A stretch of DNA of 58,590 nucleotides. Origin: Armatimonadota bacterium (lineage in GTDB: Bacteria > Sysuimicrobiota > Sysuimicrobiia > Sysuimicrobiales > Humicultoraceae). The notes under the pieces are model-generated. The model saw only the letters and a program-made list of their open reading frames with translations, did no database searches and had not been told where the DNA came from. Positions 49,356 to 58,590 of this stretch are shown here, piece by piece (the stretch's first letter is position 1; each line of letters begins with the position of its first letter). A program made the position numbers and the translations under genes. Location of the stretch: NCBI GenBank assembly GCA_037443365.1, contig JBBIOM010000005.1:5760-64349 (forward strand). Reading direction: 5' to 3'.

Positions 49356-50185
49356 GTCCCCTCCTCGTCGGTCTCTCGCGAGAGCACGTACTCGCATCGA
49401 AGCCCTCCCTCACGGTGCAGGAGGAAGTCGGCGGCCGCATAACCTCGGCCGAAATAGTGAAGGAACGCCTCCCGGCTGGCCACCCGCCAGGCATGTGCCA
49501 GACCCAGGTCGCGCGCGCGCAGGTCCGGGAAGTCGGCCGGGATCTCGAGCAGGACCGCGCTCGCCTCCAGGCCCAGGACAGGATCACCCGGCGCCGAGGT
49601 CACCGGGTCCAGCGACAATACACGGGGCGAGCCCGTCCACGCGCGGTCTGCGGCCCGCCCCGACGTCGCCTCCTCGACACGGCGTGAGCGCAGTGCCCAG
49701 TCCACCTCCATCCTGTCGCTGGCGGTTCCCCGGTTCAACGCGTCGGGCATGTCGCCGTAGTAGTCCACGTAGTAGCGGCGCGCGGTGGCTCCCAGCTTGT
49801 GCATGTTGAACCGCGCGTTGATGCTCTGCAGCGGGTCGTACGTCCAGACGGCGTGGTCGTATCCCATCGCCAGCGCTGCCTCCCGCTGGGCGCACTTCAA
49901 CCGGAACCCGATGTCCTGCAGCTGCCTGCCGCTTAGCACGCCGGCCATGTGCGAGTAGAACAGCGGCCGGCCGTTGCGCCATCCGGCAAAGCCGTAGCAG
50001 AACCCGACGAACGTGCCGTCCGGAGCGATCGCGGCGATCACCGCTCCGCCGGCGCCACAGGCCGCCTGGAACTGGTGTACCGGCACGATGTCGCGCTCGG
50101 GCATCCCCCAGATCGCGATCTGCAGATCCTCTATCCGCCGGAACGCGTCGATGTCCTTGACCGTGGCTATCACGACATCCGTCAT
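49352..50185 (-). CDS. GNAT-family acyltransferase (probable D-amino-acid N-succinyltransferase)
   Basis: LQ..IWG, YSHMAGV, LK.AQR, WTYDPLQS.NA.FN..KLG and YG.M.D.LN.G..SDR; coupled to NSAR/OSBS. Confidence 0.85.
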   Translation of the reverse strand: MTDVVIATVKDIDAFRRIEDLQIAIWGMPERDIVPVHQFQAACGAGGAVIAAIAPDGTFVGFCYGFAGWRNGRPLFYSHMAGVLSGRQLQDIGFRLKCAQREAALAMGYDHAVWTYDPLQSINARFNMHKLGATARRYYVDYYGDMPDALNRGTASDRMEVDWALRSRRVEEATSGRAADRAWTGSPRVLSLDPVTSAPGDPVLGLEASAVLLEIPADFPDLRARDLGLAHAWRVASREAFLHYFGRGYAAADFLLHREGGLRCEYVLSRETDEEGT

Positions 50186-50244
50186 GTCTGCATCACAAGG
50201 GAGAAGGGTTCGCCGCGGGCGGCCCGAACTCTTCCTGCGGCTCC

Positions 50245-51594
50245 ATGGATGCCCTTCGCGCTCACGCCGCAGCCTACCTGACCGAGCACATAGGTCGCCT
50301 CGACGGACTCGTCCGGCTGCCCAGCGTCGCTGCCCAGGGGCAGGGGCTCGAGGAGACGGCCGCGGCGGTGCGCGGTCTGTTCGAGGACACCGGGGGCGCC
50401 TCCGAGATCCTGCGCCTTCCGGGCGCCGCGCCGGTCGTCCTTGCCGAGTTCTCCGGGCGAAGCGACCGCACGCTGCTGTTCTACGATCACTACGACGTTC
50501 AGCCGGCTGAACCCCTGGGCGAGTGGACCGTCCCTCCCTTCCAGGTGACGCAGCGCGACGGCCGCATCTACGGCCGGGGGGTGAGCGACAACAAGGGCGA
50601 TCTGGTCACGCGGCTGGCCGCGCTGCGGGCGCTGCGCGACACCTCGGGCGGGCTCCCCTGCCGCGTGCTCTTCCTCGTCGAGGGCGAGGAGGAGATCGGA
50701 TCGGTCCACTTCCACTCCCACGTATCCGGCCTGCGCGAGCGCCTGCGCGCCGACGCCTGCATCTGGGAGTATGGTGACCGCGACCCCGCTGAGCGGCTGG
50801 GCGTCATCGCCGGGGTGAAGGGCATCTGCTACGTCGAGATCGAGCTCACCGCAACGGGCCGGGACCTCCACTCCTCGATGGGTGCCATCGTGGAAGGCGC
50901 CGCCACCCGGCTGGCCTGGGCTCTGGCCGGTCTGCGCGATTCAACGGGGCGCATCCTGATCCCGGGGTTCTACGATAGGGTGACCCCGCCGCGGCCCGGT
51001 GCGCTGGCAGCGGCGCGCGCGATGCCCTTTGAAGAGGCCCGGACGCGGGAGCACGCCGGCGTGCGCGCCTTCATCGGCGGGCGCACCGGATGGGAAGCGG
51101 TGCACGCCCTGCTGTTTGAGCCCACCTGCACCGTCTGCGGCCTCGAGGCGGGGTACACCGGCGCCGGGCTCAAGACCGTGCTGCCCCGGCGCGCCCGCGC
51201 CAAGATTGACTTCCGGCTGGTGCCCGACCAGGACCCCGAAGAGATCGCAGCGCTCCTGCGCGCCCACCTCGATCGCCGCGGGTTTGCGGACTGCGCCATC
51301 ATCACCCTGGGTGGCGAGCGCGCCTTTCAGACCGATCCGTCGCATCCCTTCGTGCGGACAGTGCTGGATGCCGCATCCGCGTCCACCGGCCGCGAGGTCG
51401 TGCTCGTTCCCACCTCGCCCGGCACCGGGCCGATGCATCCGGTAGGCGATCTGCTGGCGGTACCTGTCGTCAGCATCGGGACTGGCTACTGGGGCTGCAA
51501 CGCCCACGCGCCCGACGAGCACATACGGGTCGCCGACTTCGAAGAGACGATCGTCATGATCGCCCACCTGCTGGAGCGCTTCGCGCGCGCTTGA
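50245..51594 (+). CDS. M20/DapE-family peptidase (paralog 1)
   Basis: [29 protein letters not shown] and HAPDE motifs. Confidence 0.92.
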   Translation: MDALRAHAAAYLTEHIGRLDGLVRLPSVAAQGQGLEETAAAVRGLFEDTGGASEILRLPGAAPVVLAEFSGRSDRTLLFYDHYDVQPAEPLGEWTVPPFQVTQRDGRIYGRGVSDNKGDLVTRLAALRALRDTSGGLPCRVLFLVEGEEEIGSVHFHSHVSGLRERLRADACIWEYGDRDPAERLGVIAGVKGICYVEIELTATGRDLHSSMGAIVEGAATRLAWALAGLRDSTGRILIPGFYDRVTPPRPGALAAARAMPFEEARTREHAGVRAFIGGRTGWEAVHALLFEPTCTVCGLEAGYTGAGLKTVLPRRARAKIDFRLVPDQDPEEIAALLRAHLDRRGFADCAIITLGGERAFQTDPSHPFVRTVLDAASASTGREVVLVPTSPGTGPMHPVGDLLAVPVVSIGTGYWGCNAHAPDEHIRVADFEETIVMIAHLLERFARA

Positions 51595-51607
51595 GGGTGC
51601 GCGCCGG

Positions 51608-52972
51608 ATGGAGGCCCCGATGCCGCCGCTACGTGACGTAACCAGGGAGCACGCCGATCTCGCGTTGGAGGTGCTGCGCGCGCTGCTTCGCCAGCCCAGC
51701 GTGGCCGCCACCGGCGAGGGGATCGCCGCCTGCGCAGACCTGGTCCGCCGCGCCTTCGAGGATGCCGGCGCATCCGCGACCGCGCATCAGATTGGCAACG
51801 CCGCCCCGGTAGTGATCGCCGAGTTCGAGGGGACGGGCGATCGCACCCTCCTGTTCTACGACCACTATGATGTCCAGCCCGCCGATCCCCTAAGCGAGTG
51901 GAGCTCGCCGCCGTTCGAGCCGGCTGTGCGCGACGGCCGTCTGTACGCGCGCGGCGTCGCCGACAACAAGGGCGACCTGGTCACCCGCCTGGCCGCCGTG
52001 CGGGCGCTTCAGGCGGCCCGGGGCCGGCTGCCCTGCCGGGTGAAGTTCCTGGTCGAGGGCGAGGAGGAGATCGGATCGCCCGCGTTCGGCTCGTACGTGC
52101 GGGCGCACGCAGGCGCGCTGCGCTCGGATGCGTGCATCTGGGAATCCGGGCTGCGGGACCTCAAGGAGAGGATGGAGATAACTGCCGGCATCAAGGGCAT
52201 ATGCTACCTCGACCTGGAACTGCGCGCCGCCAGTCGGGATCTCCACTCGTCGTTGGGCGCCCTAGTGGAGGGAGCCGGCAATCAGATGGCCTGGGCGCTG
52301 GCCTCACTGAAGGATCCGGCCAGCGGCCGCGTCCTGGTGGAGGGCTTCTACGACCGTGTGCGGTCACCGAGCGCGCGCGAGATCGCCTCTGCCCGGGCGC
52401 TCCCGTTCGATGAGTCCGAGATCAAGGCGTACGTCGGCGTGGACCGCTTCATAGGGGGCCTCACCGGATATGACGCGCTGTGCAGGCTCCTCTTCCAGCC
52501 CACCTGCACGGTCTGCGGTCTGGAAGGCGGTTACACCGGGGAGGGATCCAAGACGGTGCTGCCGCGCCGCGCACACGCCAAGGTGGACTTCCGGCTGGTG
52601 CCTGACCAGGACCCTGACGAGATCGCCGATCTGGTACGCGCGCACTTCGCTCGACTGGGGATCGAGATCGAGGTATCGCTGCTTGGAGGCGAACGCGCCT
52701 ACCGCACCGACCTGGACGACCCGTTCGTGTCGCTCGTGGCCGACGTGGCAAGCGAGACCACCGGCCGCGAGATCAAGCTCTACCCCACCTCTCCTGGCAC
52801 CGGTCCGATGTACGAACTGGGAGGTGTGCTGGGGATACCGGTGGTTGGCGTCGGCGGATCCTACTGGGGCAGCCGCGCGCACGCGCCCGACGAGAACATC
52901 CGGATGGCCGACTTCGAGGAGACGGTCTACCTGATGGCGCGGCTGATCGAGCGCTTCGCAGGGCTGCCCTAA
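51608..52972 (+). CDS. M20/DapE-family peptidase (paralog 2)
   Basis: Same motif set ([30 protein letters not shown]); collinear with paralog 1. Confidence 0.92.
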   Translation: MEAPMPPLRDVTREHADLALEVLRALLRQPSVAATGEGIAACADLVRRAFEDAGASATAHQIGNAAPVVIAEFEGTGDRTLLFYDHYDVQPADPLSEWSSPPFEPAVRDGRLYARGVADNKGDLVTRLAAVRALQAARGRLPCRVKFLVEGEEEIGSPAFGSYVRAHAGALRSDACIWESGLRDLKERMEITAGIKGICYLDLELRAASRDLHSSLGALVEGAGNQMAWALASLKDPASGRVLVEGFYDRVRSPSAREIASARALPFDESEIKAYVGVDRFIGGLTGYDALCRLLFQPTCTVCGLEGGYTGEGSKTVLPRRAHAKVDFRLVPDQDPDEIADLVRAHFARLGIEIEVSLLGGERAYRTDLDDPFVSLVADVASETTGREIKLYPTSPGTGPMYELGGVLGIPVVGVGGSYWGSRAHAPDENIRMADFEETVYLMARLIERFAGLP

Positions 52973-54369
52973 GACTGCATGCGCGCGCGCAGCGCGGCCA
53001 GATTCGGGCTCAGTGCCACGTGGTACGCCACCGCGTCCTCCAGGCGGCAGAGCTCCTCGGGGAGCGACGCCAGACGCTCGGTGCAGCGCGCGCGAATCGC
53101 GGAGAGGGTCTCGGATCGCAGGCGTGCGCCGGCTTGCATCGCATCCGCCAGCAAGGGAACGCCCCCCGGCGGCGGAGGCTCGTCGTGCAACGCGATCAGA
53201 TCGCCGATGGGCCCGCCGTAGGGGTCGGTGCTCCTCCAGACCTGCTTCCTGCCCGGCAGCGTGGCCTTGCCGGTGCTCAGCTTGACCCGGTATCCCTTCT
53301 CGTCCTCGACCAGCTTGTACACTCCGCCGATGCTGGGAGCGTCCGCCGAGGTCCCCAACTCGGTGCCCACGCCGAAGGCGTCCGCCGCCGCGCCTTGCGC
53401 CAGCATCTCGGCGATGCGGTACTCGTTGAGGTCCCCGCTAAGGAGAATCTGCACGTCGCGCAGCCCTGAGGCGTCTAGCGCCGCCCGCACGGCCCGGCTG
53501 TGCGAGACCAGGTCGCCGCTGTCTATGCGCACGCCGCGCAGCCGCGCGCCCGCGGATGCCATCTCGCGGCCGACCGTGATCGCGTTCTGCGCGCCCTGCA
53601 TCGTGTCGTAGGTGTCTATGAGCAGCACGGCGTTGGTTGGGAAGTCGCGCGCGAACGCGCGGAAGGCCTCGAGCTCGTCCGAGAAGGACATGACGTACGA
53701 GTGCGCCATCGTCCCCACGACCGGGATCCCATAGATCATACCGGCGAGCACGTTGGAGGTGCCGGTGCAGCCGGCGATGTAGGCGGCCCGCGCGGCCTTG
53801 AGTGCCGCGTCGGCGCCGTGGTCGCGCCGTGGGGAGAAGTCCACCACGCCGCGCCCCCGGGCGGCCAGCACCGCGCGCGCCGCCTTGCTGGCCACCATCA
53901 CCTGGAAGTTCAGGGTGTTGAGCAGGAACGTCTCGACGATCTGTGCCTCGATGCGGGGCGCGCTCACCTCCAGCAGGGGCTCGTTGGGGAAGAACACCTC
54001 GCCTTCGGGGATGGCCCGCACGTCGCCGCTGAAGCGGAAGCCGCGCAGGTACTCCAGGAACCGCCCGCTGAACAGCCGGAGTCCGTGCAGGTAGCGGATG
54101 GCCTCGTCCTCGAAGCGCAGCGTCTCGAGGCCGGCCAGGGCCGTCTCGAGGCCGGCACTGACAAGGAACGCGCGGTTGGGGGGTAGCGAGCGCACGAACA
54201 GCGCGAAGGTGGCCCGGCCGTTCATGCCGTTCCGCAGGTAGCTGTCGGCCATGGCCAGCTCGTACAGGTCCACGAGCAGGGCCAGGTTGGACGGGGTCAG
54301 GTGCCCGAAGCCGGGAAAGCGCCCTCCCGCATCCTCGAGCCCGCCGGGGTCGTTCGCGCTCACAGCCAT
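52969..54369 (-). CDS. pncB: Nicotinate phosphoribosyltransferase
   Basis: DLYEL.M, F..RR.HG, GTMAHS, LIDTYD, VRIDSGD, FGVGT and VYKLV. Confidence 0.94.
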   Translation of the reverse strand: MAVSANDPGGLEDAGGRFPGFGHLTPSNLALLVDLYELAMADSYLRNGMNGRATFALFVRSLPPNRAFLVSAGLETALAGLETLRFEDEAIRYLHGLRLFSGRFLEYLRGFRFSGDVRAIPEGEVFFPNEPLLEVSAPRIEAQIVETFLLNTLNFQVMVASKAARAVLAARGRGVVDFSPRRDHGADAALKAARAAYIAGCTGTSNVLAGMIYGIPVVGTMAHSYVMSFSDELEAFRAFARDFPTNAVLLIDTYDTMQGAQNAITVGREMASAGARLRGVRIDSGDLVSHSRAVRAALDASGLRDVQILLSGDLNEYRIAEMLAQGAAADAFGVGTELGTSADAPSIGGVYKLVEDEKGYRVKLSTGKATLPGRKQVWRSTDPYGGPIGDLIALHDEPPPPGGVPLLADAMQAGARLRSETLSAIRARCTERLASLPEELCRLEDAVAYHVALSPNLAALRARMQS

Positions 54370-55346
54370 CGCAGGCGGCGGAAGATCGCCAGCATCGTCA
54401 GCACGCTGGCTGCCATGAGCCCCAGGGCGGCCGCGAACCCGCCCCGCCAGTCAAACGGCGGGAAGGCCCGTTCGAAGTTCATCCCGTAGATTCCGGAGAT
54501 GACCGCCAGCGAGGCGAAGATCGCGGTGATGACCGTGAGCACCTTCATCACCTCGTTCAGCCGGTTGCTCACGATGCTCAGGTATATGTCCAGCGCCCCG
54601 GCCAGCAGGTCGCGGTGCGCGTCGATCTGGTCGGTGATGCGCAGCAGGTGATCGTAGATGTCGCGGAAGTAGGCGCGCAGCGGTGCGCCGACGAGGCGCG
54701 AGTCGTGCCGCATCAAGAGGTTCATCATGTCGCGCTGCGGCGCCGCGACATGCCGCAGGTGCAGCAGCGCGCGCTTCGCACTGAAGAGCTGGTCCATCGT
54801 CTTCTGCCTGGGCTCCCTGAAGAGCGTGTCCTCGAGGCGCTCCACGTAGCCGTCCAGGGCGTCGAGCACCGGGAAGTACGAGTCCACCACGGCGTCGAGG
54901 ATGGCGTAGAGAACGTGACCCTCGCTGCTGCGCAGGCCGGCCGGGGCCGCCGCGAGGCGCCGCCGGACCTCGTCCAGAACCGGAGCCGCGCCGCTGTGGG
55001 CGGTAATCACGAAGCCCGGTCCCATGAAGATGTCAATCTCGTCCAGACCGACGTCGTGCCCGCCCGGGCCGCGGAGCCGCGCAGCGTGCGTGGTGACGAA
55101 CAACAGCCCATCATACTCCTCGGCCTTGGGGCGCTGCCGGCGTTTGAGCGCGTCCTCGACCGCCAGGGGGTGCAGTCCGAATACGCTGGCGACGGGCGCG
55201 ATCATCTCCTGGGTGGGGCGCGACAGATCAATCCACAGGACCTGCCCCTCGCGTCCCCGCAGGGAGTCGAGGGGCTCTGGAGGGTCGGCAATGGTCTCCG
55301 GGCCGCGGAAGACCAGGACCTGTATGCCAGGACGGGGCGCGGGCAT
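54360..55346 (-). CDS. corA: CorA-family Mg2+/Co2+ transporter
   Basis: [29 protein letters not shown] and YGMNF; two C-terminal TM helices. Confidence 0.94.
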   Translation of the reverse strand: MPAPRPGIQVLVFRGPETIADPPEPLDSLRGREGQVLWIDLSRPTQEMIAPVASVFGLHPLAVEDALKRRQRPKAEEYDGLLFVTTHAARLRGPGGHDVGLDEIDIFMGPGFVITAHSGAAPVLDEVRRRLAAAPAGLRSSEGHVLYAILDAVVDSYFPVLDALDGYVERLEDTLFREPRQKTMDQLFSAKRALLHLRHVAAPQRDMMNLLMRHDSRLVGAPLRAYFRDIYDHLLRITDQIDAHRDLLAGALDIYLSIVSNRLNEVMKVLTVITAIFASLAVISGIYGMNFERAFPPFDWRGGFAAALGLMAASVLTMLAIFRRLRWL

Positions 55347-55434
55347 CGGGAAGTACGTTCGTCCCGCGGGGGGGCTTTCCTTGCAGGGAGGACGCCGGAC
55401 CAGGAGGAATCCCGTCCCGCCGCGAATAGAGGCG

Positions 55435-55504
55435 GTGCTCCACGACAGCCGTCCACGAGGGGTGCGCCCAGGATGAGGGTGGCCTCCTGTCATCTGATGA
55501 GCAC
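55435..55504 (+). ncRNA. Structured leader of the AOR operon (candidate Moco/Wco-like riboswitch)
   Basis: Nested stems GTGCTC/GAGCAC, GACAG/CTGTC and CCGTCC/GGGTGG upstream of AOR-MoaD-MoeA genes. Confidence 0.3.
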
Positions 55505-55572
55505 GTCTCCTGCCGCGTGCATCTGTCGAGCCATGCGAGAAGCATGAGAGAAAGAAGGGAGGGGAGAGTCCG

Positions 55573-57318
55573 ATGAGCAAGCTGCTTCGGGTCAACATGA
55601 CCGACCTGAAGGCCGCGTTCGAGGAAGTCCCCGAGCCCTACCGGCTTTGGGGAGGCCGGGGCTTCACTTCAATGCTCACGTCCGGGGAGGTCCCGCCCAA
55701 CTGCCATCCCCTCGGCCCCAACAACAAGCTCACCATCGCGCCCGGGATCGTGAGCGGCACCGCGGCGCCCACCTCCGGCCGCACGTCGTTCGGCGGCAAG
55801 AGCCCGTTGACCGGGACGATCAAGGAGACCAACGTCGGAGGGCTGTCCTCGCAGAAGATAGCGCGGCTCGGCATCAAGGGGATCATCATCGAGGGCCAAC
55901 CCGCCGAGGCCGGGAAGTTCTGGCTGCTTCGGATCAACAAGGACGGTGCGGAGTTCCTTCCGGCGACGGACCTGGTGGGCAAGGGGATGTACGAGGTCTG
56001 CCGCACGCTGTGGGAGCGCCACGGCAAGGGTGTGGCGATCATCGGTATAGGCCCGGCAGGCGAGTACCGCCTGACCAACGCCGGCATCTGCGTCAACGAC
56101 CCGGAGAACAGCGCCGGCCGCTACGCCGGGCGCGGCGGCATGGGCGCGGTCATGGGCTCCAAGGGGCTCAAGGCGATCATCGTTGATGACACCGGCGGCC
56201 CAGGGGTGGAGATCGCCGAAAAGGAGCACTTCCGGACGGCGATCAAGAAGCTCACCGAGGCCTCGCTCAAGCACGACGTGACCAAGAAGGAGGGCGCCCT
56301 CAACACCTACGGCACCAACGTCCTGGCCAACATCATGAACGAGGCCGGCGGCTACCCCACGCGCAACTTCAGCGGCGGCCGGTTTGAGCTGACCGGGCAG
56401 ATCAGCGGCGAGGCCGTGGCCGAGCTCGTCAAGAAGCGCGGAGGCGTTGGGACCACGGGCCATCCCTGCCATCCCGGCTGCATCATCCAGTGCTCTAACA
56501 TCTTCCCCTACCCCGACGGCAAGTTCCACACCTCGGTGCTGGAGTACGAGTCGGTGTGGGCGCTGGGCGCCAACTGCGGGATAGGCAACCTGGACGACAT
56601 CGCCGACCTGGTCTGGGCGTGCAACGACGTCGGCCTGGACACCATCGAGGCAGGCGCCACGATCGCCGTGGCCATGGAGGGCGGCCTGCTCGAGTTCGGG
56701 GACGCCCAGGGCGCCAAGAAGTTGATACACGAGGACGTGCGGGGAGGCACTCCGCTGGGCCGCATCATCGGCTGCGGCGCCGAGCTGACCGGCAGGGCGT
56801 TCGGCGTGGTGCGCGTGCCCACGGTGAAGGGCCAGGCCATGCCTGCCTACGAGCCCCGGGTCGTCAAGGGTATCGGCGTGACCTACGCCACCACCACCAT
56901 GGGCGCCGACCACACCTCGGGGTACACGATCGCCCCGGAGATCCTGAGCGTGGGCGGCAAGGCCGATCCGTTCAACCCGCAGAAGGCCGAGCTGTCGCGC
57001 TCGTTCCAGGCGGCCACCGCGTTCATTGACACGAGCGGGTACTGCCTGTTCGATGCCTTCGCGGTGCTCGACATCCCGGAGGGCCTGGCGGGCATGGTGG
57101 AGTCGTGCGCGGCGGTGCTGGGCACGAAGTGGACCGTGGATGACATCGGGCGGATCGGCACCGAGGTCCTCAAGGTCGAGCGCGCCTTCAACGCGGCGGC
57201 CGGATTCACCAAGGCACACGACCGCCTGCCCGAGTTCATGAAGTACGAGCCGCTCCCGCCGCACAACACGGTGTTCGACGTGCCGGACGAGGATCTGGAC
57301 AAGGTGCACGCCTATTGA
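55573..57318 (+). CDS. aor: Aldehyde:ferredoxin oxidoreductase family (tungstopterin) protein
   Basis: KSPLTG.IKE.N.GG, IGPAGE, AGRGG.GAVMGSK.LKAI, C..GC...C, EYE, D..GLDTI and GADHT. Confidence 0.92.
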   Translation: MSKLLRVNMTDLKAAFEEVPEPYRLWGGRGFTSMLTSGEVPPNCHPLGPNNKLTIAPGIVSGTAAPTSGRTSFGGKSPLTGTIKETNVGGLSSQKIARLGIKGIIIEGQPAEAGKFWLLRINKDGAEFLPATDLVGKGMYEVCRTLWERHGKGVAIIGIGPAGEYRLTNAGICVNDPENSAGRYAGRGGMGAVMGSKGLKAIIVDDTGGPGVEIAEKEHFRTAIKKLTEASLKHDVTKKEGALNTYGTNVLANIMNEAGGYPTRNFSGGRFELTGQISGEAVAELVKKRGGVGTTGHPCHPGCIIQCSNIFPYPDGKFHTSVLEYESVWALGANCGIGNLDDIADLVWACNDVGLDTIEAGATIAVAMEGGLLEFGDAQGAKKLIHEDVRGGTPLGRIIGCGAELTGRAFGVVRVPTVKGQAMPAYEPRVVKGIGVTYATTTMGADHTSGYTIAPEILSVGGKADPFNPQKAELSRSFQAATAFIDTSGYCLFDAFAVLDIPEGLAGMVESCAAVLGTKWTVDDIGRIGTEVLKVERAFNAAAGFTKAHDRLPEFMKYEPLPPHNTVFDVPDEDLDKVHAY

Positions 57319-57569
57319 TTGAGGTTCACCTGTACGGGCGGCTGCGGCGTCTGGCCGCGCAGCCAGGGGTGTGGAGGCCTTCGATCGCCTGGGTCGCCCT
57401 GCCGGAAGGCACGGTCGCCCAGGTGATCGAGGTGCTTGGCATTGGGCCGGGGGACGTGAGCAACATCTTCGTCAACGGGTGCTACGATCAGGCAGCGCTG
57501 GGCCGGACCGTGCGGAGCGGAGATCGGATCGGGCTGTTCCCTCCTGAGATGCGGATGCTCTATGTCTAG
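57315..57569 (+). CDS. MoaD/ThiS-fold protein lacking the C-terminal GG
   Basis: IEVHLYG.LR, TVA.V...LGI, IFVNG, GDRIGLFP, then EMRMLYV*. Confidence 0.75.
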   Translation: MIEVHLYGRLRRLAAQPGVWRPSIAWVALPEGTVAQVIEVLGIGPGDVSNIFVNGCYDQAALGRTVRSGDRIGLFPPEMRMLYV

Positions 57570-57849
57570 CGACGCGGTGGACGTGCTCGTCTACGGCGCG
57601 CTGCAGAAGCGGTTCGGCCCCCCTTCGCCGTTTCAGGCGGTGCGCAGGCAGGTGGCCGTGCGCGAGGGGAGCACGATCGCGGAAGTCCTCGGGGCGATCG
57701 GGGTAGCGCCCGAGGAGGCGAGCCACCTCTTCCTCAACCACGAGTACTCCGCCCCCAGCCGGCGCGTGAAGCCCGGGGACCGGCTGGCCGTGTTCGGGCG
57801 CGACATGGCGCTGATCTACCGGCAGTACTTCCGCAAGGCCACCGAATAG
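57562..57849 (+). CDS. MoaD/ThiS-fold protein lacking the C-terminal GG
   Basis: V.VYG.L, EG.TIAEVL..IGV, LFLN, VKPGDRLAVF, then GRDMALIYRQYFRKATE*. Confidence 0.75.
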   Translation: MSSDAVDVLVYGALQKRFGPPSPFQAVRRQVAVREGSTIAEVLGAIGVAPEEASHLFLNHEYSAPSRRVKPGDRLAVFGRDMALIYRQYFRKATE

Positions 57850-57851
57850 CC

Positions 57852-58590
57852 GTGATCGTCACCGTGCGGCTCTACGCGACGCTGCGGGATCTCGTCCCGG
57901 GCGGGCGGCAGGCCCTGCGGGTGGACCTTCCCGAGGGCACCACCGTGGCAGGCCTGATTGCGCACCTGGGCATCCCCGAAGGGACCGTGCGCAAGGTGTT
58001 CGTTGGCGGGGTTGCCCGGGAGGATTCGTACGTGCTGCAGCCGGGCGATGAGGTGGGCGCGTTCCCGCCGATAGCGGGCGGAGCGCCCGCGCGCGAGTTC
58101 CTGCACATCCTGACGGTGGACCAGGCCCGGGCGCGATTCCTGGAGGCCTGGAACCCCTCGCCCCCGCGAGCCGTCCCCGTGGATCTCGCCGCGGCCTGCG
58201 GGCGCGTGCTCGCATCGGACGTCGTCGCCCCCGAGGATCTGCCGCCCTTTCCGCGCTCGGTCGTGGACGGCTACGCGGTGCGCGCCGCCGATACCTTTGG
58301 AGCCAGTGAGGGCCTTCCGGCCTACCTCGAGGTTGTCGGCGAGGTCCTCATGGGCGAGGCCCCGGCGCTTGCGCTCGGCCCCGGGCAGGCGGTCCGCATA
58401 CCAACCGGGGCGATATTGCCCCCTGGCGCGGACGCCGCGTTGATGGTCGAGCACACCGAGGAAGTGCCCTCGTCCCAGATCGAGGTCCGTCGCGCCGCGG
58501 GCCCGAGCGAGAACGTTATCACCCGTGGCGAGGATGCCCGGCGCGGGGCGGTCGTGCTGCGCGCCGGGGCAGTCCTGCGCGCGGCGCAGA
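57852..58590 (+). CDS. moeA: MoaD-like domain fused in frame to molybdopterin molybdotransferase MoeA (truncated by window end)
   Basis: VRLYATLR...LQPGDEVGAFPPIAGG continues without a stop into EFL..LTV.QAR, GRVLA.DV.APEDLPPF.RS.VDGYAV and I.TGA.LP.GADA..M.E. Confidence 0.85.
   Translation, partial: MIVTVRLYATLRDLVPGGRQALRVDLPEGTTVAGLIAHLGIPEGTVRKVFVGGVAREDSYVLQPGDEVGAFPPIAGGAPAREFLHILTVDQARARFLEAWNPSPPRAVPVDLAAACGRVLASDVVAPEDLPPFPRSVVDGYAVRAADTFGASEGLPAYLEVVGEVLMGEAPALALGPGQAVRIPTGAILPPGADAALMVEHTEEVPSSQIEVRRAAGPSENVITRGEDARRGAVVLRAGAVLRAAQ

Overview
High-GC (~70%) bacterial chromosomal window, densely coding and mostly housekeeping. No tRNA, rRNA, CRISPR array, transposase or integrase was recognised. 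In order it holds: a radical SAM / signal-peptide-bearing pcm / membrane spermidine-synthase-like trio; a MurR-type peptidoglycan-salvage operon (GNAT, peptide-type ABC importer, serine hydrolase, BadF-type kinase, murQ, anmK); argS; a nested SLH protein; tal-rho-M23-rpmE-tdk-prfA-prmC-rpiB-(inverted glyA)-upp; a PlsY/acyl-ACP-reductase-like fusion; glnA; dCMP deaminase; a DEAD-box helicase with a probable AUU start; a DUF47(PhoU-like)/OmpR winged-helix fusion ahead of PHO-box-like repeats and pstSCAB-phoU; a shortened arsC-like ORF with UGA at the catalytic Cys (candidate selenocysteine); eroded ppa and yuiH-like genes; rplY-pth; a HEPN/MNT toxin-antitoxin pair; UPF0182; an N-succinylamino-acid racemase-type cluster with twin M20 peptidases; pncB; corA; and a tungsten-type AOR operon with three ubiquitin-fold domains, the last fused in frame to MoeA (runs off the window). 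The best candidates for undescribed biology are the kinase-free DUF47-wHTH phosphate regulator, the Sec-type mini-ArsC, the PlsY-reductase fusion and the Ubl/Ubl/Ubl-MoeA array. All family calls come from motif recognition by eye; no database search was run.
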